The notes: generated by a model from the letters alone, not told the origin. Counted from the stretch's first letter, positions 38,556-49,116 are shown. The stretch is 64,000 bases of DNA from Pseudomonadota bacterium (GCA_043823065.1 JBDRBB010000006.1:1-64000), one strand, 5' to 3'. Numbers and translations: made by a program.

Positions 38556-38978
38556 TTATAAATCTAGAATCCATAAGCCGATATCTTTGTTATGTCGGCG
38601 GTGGATACTGCCTTCAAGCACATGCAGATGAACTTCGGCTGTGGGTTCTACAATGCAGCCTTCCATAAGGTGGCCGCCAAGGGTTGTGCCTTTATGATCA
38701 GTTAGCACTAAATGGCAATGGATAAAAGGTTTATCTTCTTTAAGGGAAACATTACCCAGACCAGCAGCAATTTCCAAGGCACCTTCATGTTCTATATATT
38801 CATATTTACCATGCTCAAAAATGCCCAGTTTTGCCCTTTTAACTGCACCAATAACCTGAAAACTGGCTGAAGATATCTGTTTTTTTTGCACAAACTCAGT
38901 TAAAGCAGCTAAAAGATCTTCCCCTGGCTCACATCTGCCCACAAAACTATGGGTTATTTTGGTTTGAATAGTATTCAT
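38556..38978 (-). CDS. PPC/DUF296 domain protein
   Basis: HCH and GGHL motifs. Confidence 0.85.
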   Translation of the reverse strand: MNTIQTKITHSFVGRCEPGEDLLAALTEFVQKKQISSASFQVIGAVKRAKLGIFEHGKYEYIEHEGALEIAAGLGNVSLKEDKPFIHCHLVLTDHKGTTLGGHLMEGCIVEPTAEVHLHVLEGSIHRRHNKDIGLWILDL

Positions 38979-39104
38979 TGGCGCCTGACATGGCATAAAA
39001 TGGAATTTTTAGCAATAGGCAACAGTGGTGGGTAAGTATTGCTTCGCTAAATCCAAACATTTGACATGAATATAAACAAACTGCTGATTCATTGATTAGG
39101 AAAG

Positions 39105-39668
39105 CTAGCTGCGGGAGGAAAGGATATCCTCGATTTCTTGGCAAGCCCTTTCTAGATCGTCATTTATCACCTGATAATCGTATTTATCCTTATAGGTTAG
39201 CTCCATAAGGGCGGTTTTGAGACGGGCTTGCTGGGCTTGTTCTGAATCTGTCTTGCGTTGGGATAGCCTTCTTCTTAACTCCTGATCAGACGGAGGAAGC
39301 AGGAAAATTGAAATGGCTTTATCTTGATAAATATCTTTTAGTTTTGTGCCGCCAATAACTTCCAGATCCAACAATACATCTTTTCCTTGCTCAATTGCTT
39401 TGTCCAAAGGCTCTTTCAAGGTACCATAAATATGGCCACAATATTTAGCCCATTCAGCAAATTTATTTTCTTTGATCCAAGTTTTAAAAGTTAATTCATC
39501 TATGAAATGATAATCTTTGCCATCTACTTCTTGGCCTCTTTTAGATCTAGTGGTGCAAGAAACAGAATGCATCATATGCGGATGCGTAAATAAAAACCTC
39601 TGAATCACAGAGGTCTTTCCTGTTCCAGATGGTGCAGAGATTATGATCAACCTGCCTTTTTTATTCAT
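39105..39668 (-). CDS. gmk: Guanylate kinase
   Basis: SAPSGTGKT, SCTTR and DGKDYHF motifs. Confidence 0.96.
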   Translation of the reverse strand: MNKKGRLIIISAPSGTGKTSVIQRFLFTHPHMMHSVSCTTRSKRGQEVDGKDYHFIDELTFKTWIKENKFAEWAKYCGHIYGTLKEPLDKAIEQGKDVLLDLEVIGGTKLKDIYQDKAISIFLLPPSDQELRRRLSQRKTDSEQAQQARLKTALMELTYKDKYDYQVINDDLERACQEIEDILSSRS

Positions 39669-39742
39669 GCTATGCTATTTATTCTATACAATAGTTTTTG
39701 TCTAGTCTTGACTCCCTTTCCTCCCTTTGATAGAGCCAATTC

Positions 39743-40513
39743 ATGACCTCAAATTTCCACATCGGCATCATGGGCAACCTATTTTCCGGCAAAACCACCC
39801 TGATGAACGCCCTTTCTCAAGACCCTTACAAAACTGAACTGCAAACACTTTTAGATAACGCTGAAATGCATACTTTTACTGAACGTGTTGAAAAAGGCTC
39901 GCTCACTGACCAATGTTTATCGCTATTTTATAAAGATAGAGTGGCCAATATCTTTCCCACTGAAGCTGCTTTTTTGCATATGCGCACTATGCAACAAAGA
40001 GAAATACGCCACTTAATGACCCGCAAGAACAATCGCAATATTTTAATTATTGAAGACAGACCCTTTATGGACGGTCCGGAAGTTTTTGTAAAAAGAATGA
40101 TCAAAGCAGGAGAGATGCCAGAGGCGCATGTTAAACTATATAAGACAATTTTTTATCAAACCTTGCATAATGAAAGAATTCGGCTGCCTGACCTTACGGT
40201 TTATCTTCGGTCTGAACCAGTCTTGCTGGAAAAACGCCGTTCTCAAAGAGCTGCTAACGGCGATGGTTATGCCAGCACAATTACTGAAACCTATTTAAGA
40301 GAAATTCATGAATGTTATGAAGACATTGTCACCAACTGGAAGAGCACCCTGCTTAAATATCAAGAATACACCATAGTTCCGCCAGATGCAGAAATGGTAA
40401 TTCTGCCTGCTGAAATAGATATGTATGAGCATCCAGATTACGTGCATGTTGCAGCTGGAACTATTCGCGAAAAGGTCAGAAGAATGGTGGCTGCTAGGAG
40501 AAAAAATATATGA
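39743..40513 (+). CDS. Deoxynucleoside kinase family protein 1
   Basis: GNLFSGKTT P-loop, EDR, PDLTVYL and YLREIHECY. Confidence 0.75.
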   Translation: MTSNFHIGIMGNLFSGKTTLMNALSQDPYKTELQTLLDNAEMHTFTERVEKGSLTDQCLSLFYKDRVANIFPTEAAFLHMRTMQQREIRHLMTRKNNRNILIIEDRPFMDGPEVFVKRMIKAGEMPEAHVKLYKTIFYQTLHNERIRLPDLTVYLRSEPVLLEKRRSQRAANGDGYASTITETYLREIHECYEDIVTNWKSTLLKYQEYTIVPPDAEMVILPAEIDMYEHPDYVHVAAGTIREKVRRMVAARRKNI

Positions 40514-41430
40514 GTCAGTACGGCTCCATCCTAGAAGTCAAAGAAGATTTAAACATTAAAAGACATGAAATTCCCAACAGGCTCACTAGCGTTGAACGCC
40601 GGTTGATGAAGTTTTTTTCCAAAAACCAAGCTTTGATAACCTGCATTGGTAATATTGGAGCTGGCAAAAGTTCTCTAGTTAAATTTCTGGCCTATCATAC
40701 TGGTCTGAACGCTTTGTTTGAGCTTCCAGACGAAGGGTTTGAAGATCACCTTATCCAAAATGAATCTCTCTATCCCTTGCTAGCCACAACTAAAGATTCC
40801 GCTAAAAGGACGCTTGGCAGGTACTATGGTGCAATAAATGAATTTATTGAATGCCAGGCCAGAGAGCCAGTGGAGAGCCCAGCTTGGATGGTTGCTAAAA
40901 GAAATCTAGAAAGAGGAGCTCTGGATATTCAACATGCTTATTTAGATTTGCGCAAAATGCAATTGCAGGCTGTCCCTCATTTGGAAAAATCAACCTGCAT
41001 TGATGGCTCAGCTTTAGCTGATCGTTATGCATTTTGCGAGGTTTTGCACAATGATATGGACGTGCCCTACCTGACCAGAGAGGCACTAAAAATAATCGAT
41101 AAACGCTTGAATGATGAATTTAAGCCTTTAACCCAACCTAGTTTAATGATTCAACTCCATGCGCCAACAGATTATTTGTTCCAAAACATCAGAGAACGGC
41201 AAAGACAAGAGGAGAAAACAGATAAGGGGGATAGTGAGATTCCTGAAGGTTTATCTCGCTTAGTTAAAAATCTAAATAGGCGTTATGATACTTTCATTGA
41301 CGTACTGCAACAAACAGGATGGTATACAGGACCTGTACTTAAAGTTGATGTCTCTAAAATTGATTTTGTCTCCAACGTTCGCCATCTAATCTCAGTGTTT
41401 GAAGGAGTGGAAAAACTTATAATTCCCTAA
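40510..41430 (+). CDS. Deoxynucleoside kinase family protein 2
   Basis: GNIGAGKSS P-loop, IRERQR lid and IDFV. Confidence 0.75.
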   Translation: MSQYGSILEVKEDLNIKRHEIPNRLTSVERRLMKFFSKNQALITCIGNIGAGKSSLVKFLAYHTGLNALFELPDEGFEDHLIQNESLYPLLATTKDSAKRTLGRYYGAINEFIECQAREPVESPAWMVAKRNLERGALDIQHAYLDLRKMQLQAVPHLEKSTCIDGSALADRYAFCEVLHNDMDVPYLTREALKIIDKRLNDEFKPLTQPSLMIQLHAPTDYLFQNIRERQRQEEKTDKGDSEIPEGLSRLVKNLNRRYDTFIDVLQQTGWYTGPVLKVDVSKIDFVSNVRHLISVFEGVEKLIIP

Positions 41431-41432
41431 AC

Positions 41433-41461
41433 AAAAAAGGCCCTTCTAGTCGAAGGGCCTT
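41433..41461. terminator. Intrinsic terminator between convergent dNK and tRNA-Met genes
   Basis: AAGGCCCTTC-tagtc-GAAGGGCCTT hairpin with an A tract on its left side. Confidence 0.7.
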
Positions 41462-41467
41462 GAAGTG

Positions 41468-41541
41468 TGGCGGCAGGCGGGATCGAACCGCCGACCTGGA
41501 GGTTATGAATCTCCCGCTCTCACCAGCTGAGCTACACCGCC
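41468..41541 (-). tRNA. tRNA-Met(CAT), elongator type
   Basis: Acceptor GGCGGTG/TGCCGCC with a G1-C72 pair; loop TTCATAA; Ile2 identity cannot be fully excluded. Confidence 0.88.
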
Positions 41542-41583
41542 ATTTCGGTCGCTCATATTGCACATAATTTTTATTTGATCAAG

Positions 41584-42669
41584 TTATAAGTCATAAGCCA
41601 GAATGACGCTTTCCCGATATTGATAAAAGGCACTAGTATCTGGCTGAACCAGCAAAAAAAGCCTCGTTTTTTTTGCTGAAATTTGCTGCAGGGCAAAATC
41701 AGCAATAAAACCTGGCATTTCTTGGGTAGTAAAGCTTGTCATAAATCCTAAAGATTCATCGTTTTTAAAACCTACTATCTGTCCGTTGCGCACATAGGGA
41801 TACCTGCCAATCATGTTTTTCAAGGGCAAACCATGCTTAGGGGCCAAAATAAATAATTGATCGCCTCGCTCATAAACCTCTGGCTCTTTGTCAATAGCCA
41901 CCTGACCATCCTTTGCTATGCCCAAAGGTTCTCTTTCCTTAGCTTCCACCACATTTAGGGTTCCACCTAAACGTTCCCCTGAGGTCCAAACTTTTTTATA
42001 ACGCTTTTCCAACCAATTATATACCTTCAAAGGAGCATAACCTTTAAGCACGGCCACATCTTGATTGGGCAGAAAAGCAAAGTTGAAAATATTCACCTGC
42101 CAAGGCAATTTTAACTCATCTCCTCTTTTTAATTTGTCATTTTCATAAGCAAACTCATAAACATTTCCTTCAAAAAAATCTGCGCTATTCAAACTTTGAC
42201 CAATTAATATTTTTTGCACTTCAGTTTCTTGGGACTTTTCTATAACTCGCAAATGCCATTTAATATTTTTAAACAAGTATTCAAGTTTGCCTTCTTTTAA
42301 TTTTAAGACAAAAGAGGCAGGAATACCGTCTTGTACTGCAGAAATAATTATTTCTTCAACTCCATCACCGTCTAAATCCATGGCAAACACGCGCACCGCA
42401 TTTAGATAACTTTTCCAAGTAATGGAATTAGTTATCTTTATTTTATCTTTCTCAAATTCAGCAATGTGCAAAGCATTGCGTTCTAAAAGAATAATTTCTG
42501 TGGCTTTATCACTATCAACATTGGCTAAATCCATGCCCCAAAAAGTGTTGGGAAATTTTTGACTTTTCCAATCAGGAGATATAATTGTGTGTTCAATTGA
42601 ACTAGCCAAGCTGCTGCTACATTGAAACAGCGCTAAACAAAAAAATAAGATGTTGATTATTTTAAGCAT
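41584..42669 (-). CDS. Secreted FG-GAP/VCBS repeat protein
   Basis: Signal peptide; DLDGDGVEEI and NVDSDKATEI. Confidence 0.7.
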   Translation of the reverse strand: MLKIINILFFCLALFQCSSSLASSIEHTIISPDWKSQKFPNTFWGMDLANVDSDKATEIILLERNALHIAEFEKDKIKITNSITWKSYLNAVRVFAMDLDGDGVEEIIISAVQDGIPASFVLKLKEGKLEYLFKNIKWHLRVIEKSQETEVQKILIGQSLNSADFFEGNVYEFAYENDKLKRGDELKLPWQVNIFNFAFLPNQDVAVLKGYAPLKVYNWLEKRYKKVWTSGERLGGTLNVVEAKEREPLGIAKDGQVAIDKEPEVYERGDQLFILAPKHGLPLKNMIGRYPYVRNGQIVGFKNDESLGFMTSFTTQEMPGFIADFALQQISAKKTRLFLLVQPDTSAFYQYRESVILAYDL

Positions 42670-43015
42670 TAATTCCTTTGAAAAAAATCTTTGGCATATC
42701 ATGCCAGAGCTGTTCTAAACGATAATGCTGCCTTTCCTCCTGATGAAAAACATGGGCCACCACATTGCCGTAATCCAAAACTGTCCAGTGCCCAAACCGA
42801 TAGCCTTCGCAACTAATTGGTTTAGATTTTTGTTTGCGCAAGTCATCTTCAATGGCATCAGTAATGGCTTGTACATGGCGATCTGAAGTGCCTGAACAAA
42901 TCACAAAAAAATCGGTAAAACTTAAATGTTTTCTAAAATCCAGAACCACAATATCAATTGCCTTGCGATCACTTGCCGCTTTTGCCACTTTCCTGGCCAA
43001 AGTTCTAGAAGTCAA
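42662..43015 (-). CDS. rsfS: Ribosome silencing factor
   Basis: DRKAIDI, WTVLDYG and YRLEQLW motifs. Confidence 0.95.
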   Translation of the reverse strand: MTSRTLARKVAKAASDRKAIDIVVLDFRKHLSFTDFFVICSGTSDRHVQAITDAIEDDLRKQKSKPISCEGYRFGHWTVLDYGNVVAHVFHQEERQHYRLEQLWHDMPKIFFKGINA

Positions 43016-43023
43016 ATTTCCTC

Positions 43024-44239
43024 CTAAAATAACGTTACAAACATGCCAATGGTTAAGCCAATTAAAGTAACAATGGTTATCACGCTAACCAAGTTCCAAA
43101 CCTTACCATTGGTAAACTCTCCCATCAGCTCCTTATTATTAATCAAAAGCAACATAAAAATTAGAATAAAAGGAAGCAAGATACCGTTAATCACCTGGGA
43201 AAAAACCATAATAAAGAACAAAGGAAAATTTGGAATTAAAACCACCACTGCCCCAATCACAATTAAGGCAGTATATAAGGAATAAAATTGGGGTGCTTCT
43301 TTGAAATTTTTATCAATGCCTGCTTCCCAACCCAAGCCTTCACATACATAAAAGGCAGTTGATAAAGGCAGCACTGAAGCAGCAAACAAAGAAGCATTAA
43401 ACAAACCAAAAGCAAATAACCAAGAACAATATTTCCCTGCCAAGGGTTTTAAGGCCAGGGCTGCATCTGCTGCTGATTCAATTTTTACACCACTTTTAAA
43501 AAGTGTGGCTGCACAAGCCACCATAATAAAAAAAACCACTACGCCTGCCATGGAACAACCAATTAAAACATCCCATTTGGCATGACGATATGTTTTAATA
43601 TCAATACCTTTTTCCACCACTGCTGCTTGTTGGTAAAATTGCATCCAAGGCGCAATTGTTGTGCCTATCAAACCAATTAACATATAGATATAGGGACTAT
43701 CTAATTTAAACTCTGGGGTAACCAGCTCTGAGCCAACTTCAGGCCAGGAGGGATTAGCTAAAAAACCGGAAACAATATAAGAAATATAAAATAGACAAGC
43801 AAAAAGAAAAACTTTTTTCCACAGCCTTGGACGTTCCCTTAATTACAATTAACCAGACAAAAAAAGCGCTAACTGGAACTGTATAATACTTGGACAAACC
43901 AAATAAGCCCAAACTGGCAGCAACTCCGGCAAATTCAGCTATGACATTGCCCAGATTAGTAATTAAAAGCGCTACCATTACATAAAAAGTAACCTTAGCT
44001 CCGTAATTTTCGCGAATTAAATCTGAAAGCCCTTTACCAGTTATGGCTCCCATGCGCGAGCACATTTCCTGCACGATTATTAAAACAAAAATAATTGGAA
44101 TAATGGTCCACAGAAAAGCATAGCCAAAATGCGCACCAGCAATAGAATAGGTTGCTATACCACCAGCATCATTATCCACATTGGCTGTGATGATACCCGG
44201 ACCCAAAACCGACAAAAAGATAATTAGATTTCTCCACAT
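43024..44239 (-). CDS. Nramp-family divalent metal (Mg/Mn) transporter, split by a 1-bp frameshift
   Basis: GPGIITANVDNDAGG and GTTIAPWMQF; removing one T from the T6 run at 43813-43818 gives continuous VEKVFLFACLFYISYIVSG. Confidence 0.88.
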
Positions 44240-44240
44240 T

Positions 44241-45515
44241 TTAAGCTTTTACACCCCACTCTTCTTCAATCATAACTTCTAAAACGTCATCCACAGTAAT
44301 AATCCCTTCAAAGGTGCCATCATCATCAATTACAGGCGCTGTAAAAAAATTATATTTAGAAAATATAGTGGCAACCTCTTCCAAACTATCTTCTAAATGC
44401 AAAGCTGGCGGTTTGGTTTGCATGACTTCGCTAATTGGCGTTTCTGGGTTGGCCTTAAGCAGCCCTCTTAAAGAAACAGTGCCTATCAATTTAAAATCAT
44501 CGTCAACCACATAACCATTATAAATGGTTTCTGCTTTTTTTAACTCAATCTTAAAAATATGATCAAGGGCTTCACGTACCGTAATATTTTCTTTAAGATC
44601 AATGTATTCTGTGGTCATTAAACCACCAGCAGAATGTTTTTCATATTGCAGAAGTTCATGTACGGCTCTGGCTTTTTTAGGAGAAAGCATTTGAATAAAT
44701 TGTTCTCTCTCCCGACGTGGCAAAACACCCAACAAATCTGTAGCCTCATCTGCTGGCATGCGTTCCAAAAGATCTCTGGTAACACGGGGATCTAGCTCTT
44801 CTATTAAATCAACCTGCCACTTGAGTTCCAATTCTGTCAAAATATCAATTTGATTTGCTGAATCCAGGGTCATGAACAAGGCAGCTCGGTTATGGGTATC
44901 CAGTTCCATGAGCATTTCTGATAAATCAGCAGGCGGAATAGAAACTAATTCCTTATGATCTACATTTAGTCTAATTTTGCCTGTTTGAGGCTGAATAGAA
45001 AGTGGCTGCACAAATTTCCAGGAAATGAATTTTTCAGATGTTAAATAACGGGCATGACGATTAACAAGACGCACGAAAATATCTATTAACTTTTCCCAAC
45101 CCAAACGCCTCGCCAGACCACGAGCACCGACATCCACATGAGCAAGTCGTAAACTATTGTCAATTTGCAAAAGATGAATATCATTCACGCGGACAATTTT
45201 ACGATTGTAGGTATCAACTACTTGTTGGTCCAAAATATTTTTACGCAAGGTAATTTCTGTTTTTTCGCGATAGGAAGAAACTGAGGTGAGTGATTCTAGG
45301 TTTGTTTTTAATTGAAATTGGCCACCAGCATGATGAAGATTTTCCCAAGGAATGATAAAATAACGACAACGTACCTTGCCCGAAGCTACGATTAAGGAGG
45401 TTAACGGAGGATAGGGTTCATCAAGCTTGGCTGTGAAATCATATGGCCTGCCAACCCAGCGCCCATGGCGGTCCACCACATCCTGCTTGGTAAGTTCAGT
45501 GAAAAAAGTAAACAT
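44241..45515 (-). CDS. PRC-barrel + MgtE-N + CBS domain protein (soluble MgtE-like)
   Basis: LDQQVVD..RVND, MPADEATDLL, AGGLMTTEY and GIITVDD; no TM domain. Confidence 0.85.
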   Translation of the reverse strand: MFTFFTELTKQDVVDRHGRWVGRPYDFTAKLDEPYPPLTSLIVASGKVRCRYFIIPWENLHHAGGQFQLKTNLESLTSVSSYREKTEITLRKNILDQQVVDTYNRKIVRVNDIHLLQIDNSLRLAHVDVGARGLARRLGWEKLIDIFVRLVNRHARYLTSEKFISWKFVQPLSIQPQTGKIRLNVDHKELVSIPPADLSEMLMELDTHNRAALFMTLDSANQIDILTELELKWQVDLIEELDPRVTRDLLERMPADEATDLLGVLPRREREQFIQMLSPKKARAVHELLQYEKHSAGGLMTTEYIDLKENITVREALDHIFKIELKKAETIYNGYVVDDDFKLIGTVSLRGLLKANPETPISEVMQTKPPALHLEDSLEEVATIFSKYNFFTAPVIDDDGTFEGIITVDDVLEVMIEEEWGVKA

Positions 45516-45589
45516 AAATTGCCGTCTGTCGTTTCCATGATTTAGCTGTTCTCATGACATTTATCATAACTAAAATCAAACTAAAATTT

Positions 45590-46519
45590 CTACACTCCAA
45601 ACAATACATCTGTTATATCAGGCAAAACCAAATTAGGGCGATAAAGTCCAACTACTAAGCGTTCTCTTACCAATTCAACCAATCTATCAGCTGCAGCTTG
45701 AGATAATATCTGTTTACTCAAAAGAGCCTTCATGCGCCTCCGCAAATTATCTGCATAAGTTAATCTGCTTAAGCCCGTAGGATCAATCTCTAAACACCAG
45801 GCATGATCTGGATCTGCTATAAAAGCTAAAACCGACTCCATAACCAAATCCAGATAATGTTGGCGGTTTTCCAATTCTATCTCGTAGCGAGATTGCTTTT
45901 CGTAAAGTTTTAGACTTTCGCGCAAGCCTCTCATTTTTTGCAAAGCTAAAATAGATGAAAAAATTCGTTTGTTGGTCTTAAAGGAAAATATGGTTTTCTT
46001 TAAAACTAAATTTAGAACCTGATCAAATTCCGTGCAATCAAGTTCGCTAATTTTATCTAAATGTTTCCAAACTTGTTCGGGCAGACCTAAATCAAAACGC
46101 ATCTCCCAATAAGTATGTGAAAGCACGCGCGCCTTGTAACTGCGCACAATCTTAAAAGGTATATAATAATTGTGGGCAACAATATCTGCTGCTAGATGCA
46201 CTAAATATCCATAGGCTGAAGCTTTTTGAGCATCTGATTTTGATTCAGAAAGAATGAGCCAACCCATGTCCCAATTATGGCAATGATGCATTATGCCCGC
46301 ATATTTTTTACCAACAATAATATCCGGGCTAACTGCGCCATAGACAAAATCATCTGGATATTTCTCCATGAGTTTTTTCAAGACTGGTGCTGCTACTGCT
46401 ATATTAGCCAAGGCTTGCATGGCTACATGAGTGTGCATGGCCGGCCCCCAAGCCCAAGCTGTATCTGGCATTAAAAGAAAAATAAGCAGACAAAATATGG
46501 CATAGACAAGCAGCATCAA
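45590..46519 (-). CDS. Zinc-dependent phospholipase C family protein
   Basis: AWGPAMH mature N-terminus, G..SPD, GY..HLAAD..AH and H.YWE. Confidence 0.8.
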   Translation of the reverse strand: MMLLVYAIFCLLIFLLMPDTAWAWGPAMHTHVAMQALANIAVAAPVLKKLMEKYPDDFVYGAVSPDIIVGKKYAGIMHHCHNWDMGWLILSESKSDAQKASAYGYLVHLAADIVAHNYYIPFKIVRSYKARVLSHTYWEMRFDLGLPEQVWKHLDKISELDCTEFDQVLNLVLKKTIFSFKTNKRIFSSILALQKMRGLRESLKLYEKQSRYEIELENRQHYLDLVMESVLAFIADPDHAWCLEIDPTGLSRLTYADNLRRRMKALLSKQILSQAAADRLVELVRERLVVGLYRPNLVLPDITDVLFGV

Positions 46520-46564
46520 AGTTATTATATGCCTGTTAACTAGTTAGGCAACTATTAATTAATA

Positions 46565-46683
46565 TATCGTGATAGTAGCTCTCGGCCGACTTTTCTCACC
46601 TCCTTCTGGCTATTACGAAACTATTAGTAGCGCAGGCGATGACAGTCCGGTTCGAAAAGTCGCCCTACGCCACTATCACGATA
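46565..46683 (+). repeat. ~120-bp structured dispersed element, copy A
   Basis: 12-bp terminal IR TATCGTGATAGT; core shared with 47882 and 62990. Confidence 0.9.
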
Positions 46684-46702
46684 GAACATTTAAAATTTAC
46701 TT

Positions 46703-47380
46703 ATGACCAACATTGAAAAAACAGTTAATGATTTAAAAAATCTTTTAGAATATCGCCAGATGATGGGGTTAAAAGAAGTTCCTATATCCAAAAATTCCAG
46801 GCAAATGAAGCCAGATGTATCTAAATTAGAAATTTCAAACTTGGCTGAGATTCGGGCAGAATTGGGTGACTGCACCAGGTGTAGGTTGCATGAGCAACGC
46901 ACCAATTTGGTGTTTGGAGATGGCAACCCTAATGCAGATCTAATGTTTGTCGGAGAAGGGCCGGGGTTTGACGAAGATAAACAAGGAGTTCCATTTGTCG
47001 GTCGGGCTGGACAACTTTTGACCAAGATCATCGAAGCCATGAGGTTAAAACGCCAAGATGTATACATCGCCAATGTGGTTAAATGCCGGCCACCAGATAA
47101 CCGCAACCCAGAACCAGATGAAATGGAAACCTGTTTTCCTTTTTTGGAAAAACAAATTGCGGCCATTCAACCTAAGGCTATTGTCTGTTTGGGTAAGTTT
47201 GCTGCTCAAACTCTTTTAAAAACAGCAACACCCATCTCACGCTTACGCGGCAAGATGGGTGAATATAATGGCATTCCTGTTATGCCTACCTATCATCCTG
47301 CTTTTCTCTTACGCAACCCAGATGCCAAAAAAGAGGTCTGGGAAGATGTGCAGCAGGTCATGAAAATTTTGGGTAAATAA
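46703..47380 (+). CDS. udg: Uracil-DNA glycosylase family 4 (4Fe-4S)
   Basis: [19 protein letters not shown] and YHPA motifs. Confidence 0.95.
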   Translation: MTNIEKTVNDLKNLLEYRQMMGLKEVPISKNSRQMKPDVSKLEISNLAEIRAELGDCTRCRLHEQRTNLVFGDGNPNADLMFVGEGPGFDEDKQGVPFVGRAGQLLTKIIEAMRLKRQDVYIANVVKCRPPDNRNPEPDEMETCFPFLEKQIAAIQPKAIVCLGKFAAQTLLKTATPISRLRGKMGEYNGIPVMPTYHPAFLLRNPDAKKEVWEDVQQVMKILGK

Positions 47381-47383
47381 TCT

Positions 47384-47791
47384 TTAGATAATTAGCAAAG
47401 ATGGATCATTATTATAATTCCTAAGCATGTCATTATCTTGGATTAAAGTCGCGCCCTGTAATGTTCCTAAATAACCAACTCCACAAATCAAAAGCACAAA
47501 AGTCACAGCAGCTCCTAAAAGCCCCCAAATAGTATTATTACCGCCAGCAGAATTTGATCTTTCCGCTCGATCAATATAAGAAATATTTTGTTCTGCCTGA
47601 CCTGGCTGAATATGCCAAACTCCATTTTGCCAACCTTCACCTGATTCAGCTATTAATGCATCAACAATGGTTGGCATTTGAGTTTGGTAGCTATCTAAGT
47701 TTGGCTCTGGCACTGCTGGGTTGGAGGTAAAATTGTTTACTGCGAAAAGATTTTCTGCACCACTTACTTGACCTACATGACCTACTGGCAT
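47384..47791 (-). CDS. Hypothetical protein with C-terminal TM helix
   Basis: AAGGAG RBS before ATG 47791 (MPVGHVGQV). Confidence 0.6.
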   Translation of the reverse strand: MPVGHVGQVSGAENLFAVNNFTSNPAVPEPNLDSYQTQMPTIVDALIAESGEGWQNGVWHIQPGQAEQNISYIDRAERSNSAGGNNTIWGLLGAAVTFVLLICGVGYLGTLQGATLIQDNDMLRNYNNDPSLLII

Positions 47792-47881
47792 AACCTGCTC
47801 CTTTCTTAACTTGTTTGAGAACTTGAAACAAGGCCGGATACAATCACCGCTAGAGAGTTTCGTCAAGAGGGTAATTTCCTA

Positions 47882-48002
47882 TTTAATTTGAGGTGGCGTA
47901 GGGCGACTTTTATTACCGGACTGGCTACTCTCAAGCTGCTAATAGTTTCGTAATATTTGGAAGGAGGTAAGAAAAGTCGGCCGAGAGCTACCTCAAATTA
48001 AA
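47882..48002 (-). repeat. ~120-bp structured dispersed element, copy B (inverted)
   Basis: 13-bp terminal IR TTTAATTTGAGGT; same core as copy A. Confidence 0.9.
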
Positions 48003-48016
48003 CCTCGGTAAATAAT

Positions 48017-49042
48017 CTACTTTGAACTAAGCTCTTCCACGTACTTTGCCAAATCTTTTACTTGCACATACCAAGTTTTACCCTTTTTATAACCTTTTAG
48101 TTTTCCCTGATTAATTAAATTTCTCAGATAATCTGGTGAATAATTATAAAGATGGGCAAGATCACTAAGCGGCAGCTTGGCTTCTTGATCAACACTATCA
48201 ACATCAATTTCTTTGAGACGAGAAACAGCATCTTCAAGCCGGTTAACCACAATGGTTACAAATTCATCAAAATTATCTTTATGAATAAGCTCATCCACTT
48301 GCTTAACAGTAAAACTTTTTCCCTTCTCCATTTCCCGATGAATCAATTCAAAATCATCATCTGCTTTTTCCAGAGATTCATAATAAATATCTCGATCTTT
48401 TTTTGATATACCTTTGATGGCAATGTTGATTAAACCTTCACCTATTAGTAAGTATGATAACAGTATTCTACCTGCCCGACCATTGCCATCACGAAAAGGA
48501 TGAATAGATTCAAACCACACATGCGCTATAGCAGCTAATCTTACCGGACTATATGTCTTCTTTTGCAAATGATAGTTCACCCATTTTATAAGCAGTTCAA
48601 TAGCCTGCCTAACATAGAACTCACTAATCGGCGTAAAAGTTGATAAAGTTACAGCCACTCTTTGTTTACGAAATTCCCCTATTTCCCCTTTGTAAAAACC
48701 TTTTTCTTTTTCATAACGCATAAGCAAAGTATGAATCTGCTTAATATCAGACATGCGTAATGAAAATTCTTTTTCTCTGTATTGAATTGCTGCATATTCA
48801 TAGACTGCAAAAGCAGATTCAAAATAACCTAAAATAGCAGCAGTTTTTTGATTATCAGCTCGTTTATTCTGCTCAAGAACTTCAATAAGATCTGTTCGGT
48901 TGGTAAACAAACCTTCTATAGCAATGGAGTTGCGAATTTCATCTTTAAATAATGAATACCACTCCTTATTTGAAACATGGATCAAGCGGCCACGTTTCTC
49001 TTGCAATAGTTGGAGATCTTTTTTAATGTTTGGTATTTCCAT
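48017..49042 (-). CDS. Fic-domain AMPylase with C-terminal excisionase/MerR-like HTH
   Basis: HPFRDGNGRAGR; SIAIEG autoinhibitory motif; LSDLAHLYNYSPDYLRNLINQGKLKGYKKGKTWYV. Confidence 0.92.
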   Translation of the reverse strand: MEIPNIKKDLQLLQEKRGRLIHVSNKEWYSLFKDEIRNSIAIEGLFTNRTDLIEVLEQNKRADNQKTAAILGYFESAFAVYEYAAIQYREKEFSLRMSDIKQIHTLLMRYEKEKGFYKGEIGEFRKQRVAVTLSTFTPISEFYVRQAIELLIKWVNYHLQKKTYSPVRLAAIAHVWFESIHPFRDGNGRAGRILLSYLLIGEGLINIAIKGISKKDRDIYYESLEKADDDFELIHREMEKGKSFTVKQVDELIHKDNFDEFVTIVVNRLEDAVSRLKEIDVDSVDQEAKLPLSDLAHLYNYSPDYLRNLINQGKLKGYKKGKTWYVQVKDLAKYVEELSSK

Positions 49043-49116
49043 ATTTTACCATATTTACCGAACTACAATAGATTTCTAAAACTGCATAACTAATTAATAT
49101 TAAACAACTTATTTCA

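Noticed and set aside
46690..47166. 158-aa minus-strand ORF and similar short ORFs overlapping fusA, proS, ispG, hslUV, oppB and comEC
   Set aside because: Antisense or alternative-frame shadows of well-supported genes, with no motifs
46565..48002. 120-bp elements as integron attC sites or CRISPR repeats
   Set aside because: No RYYYAAC/GTTRRRY ends, mixed orientation, no regular repeat-spacer period and no cas genes
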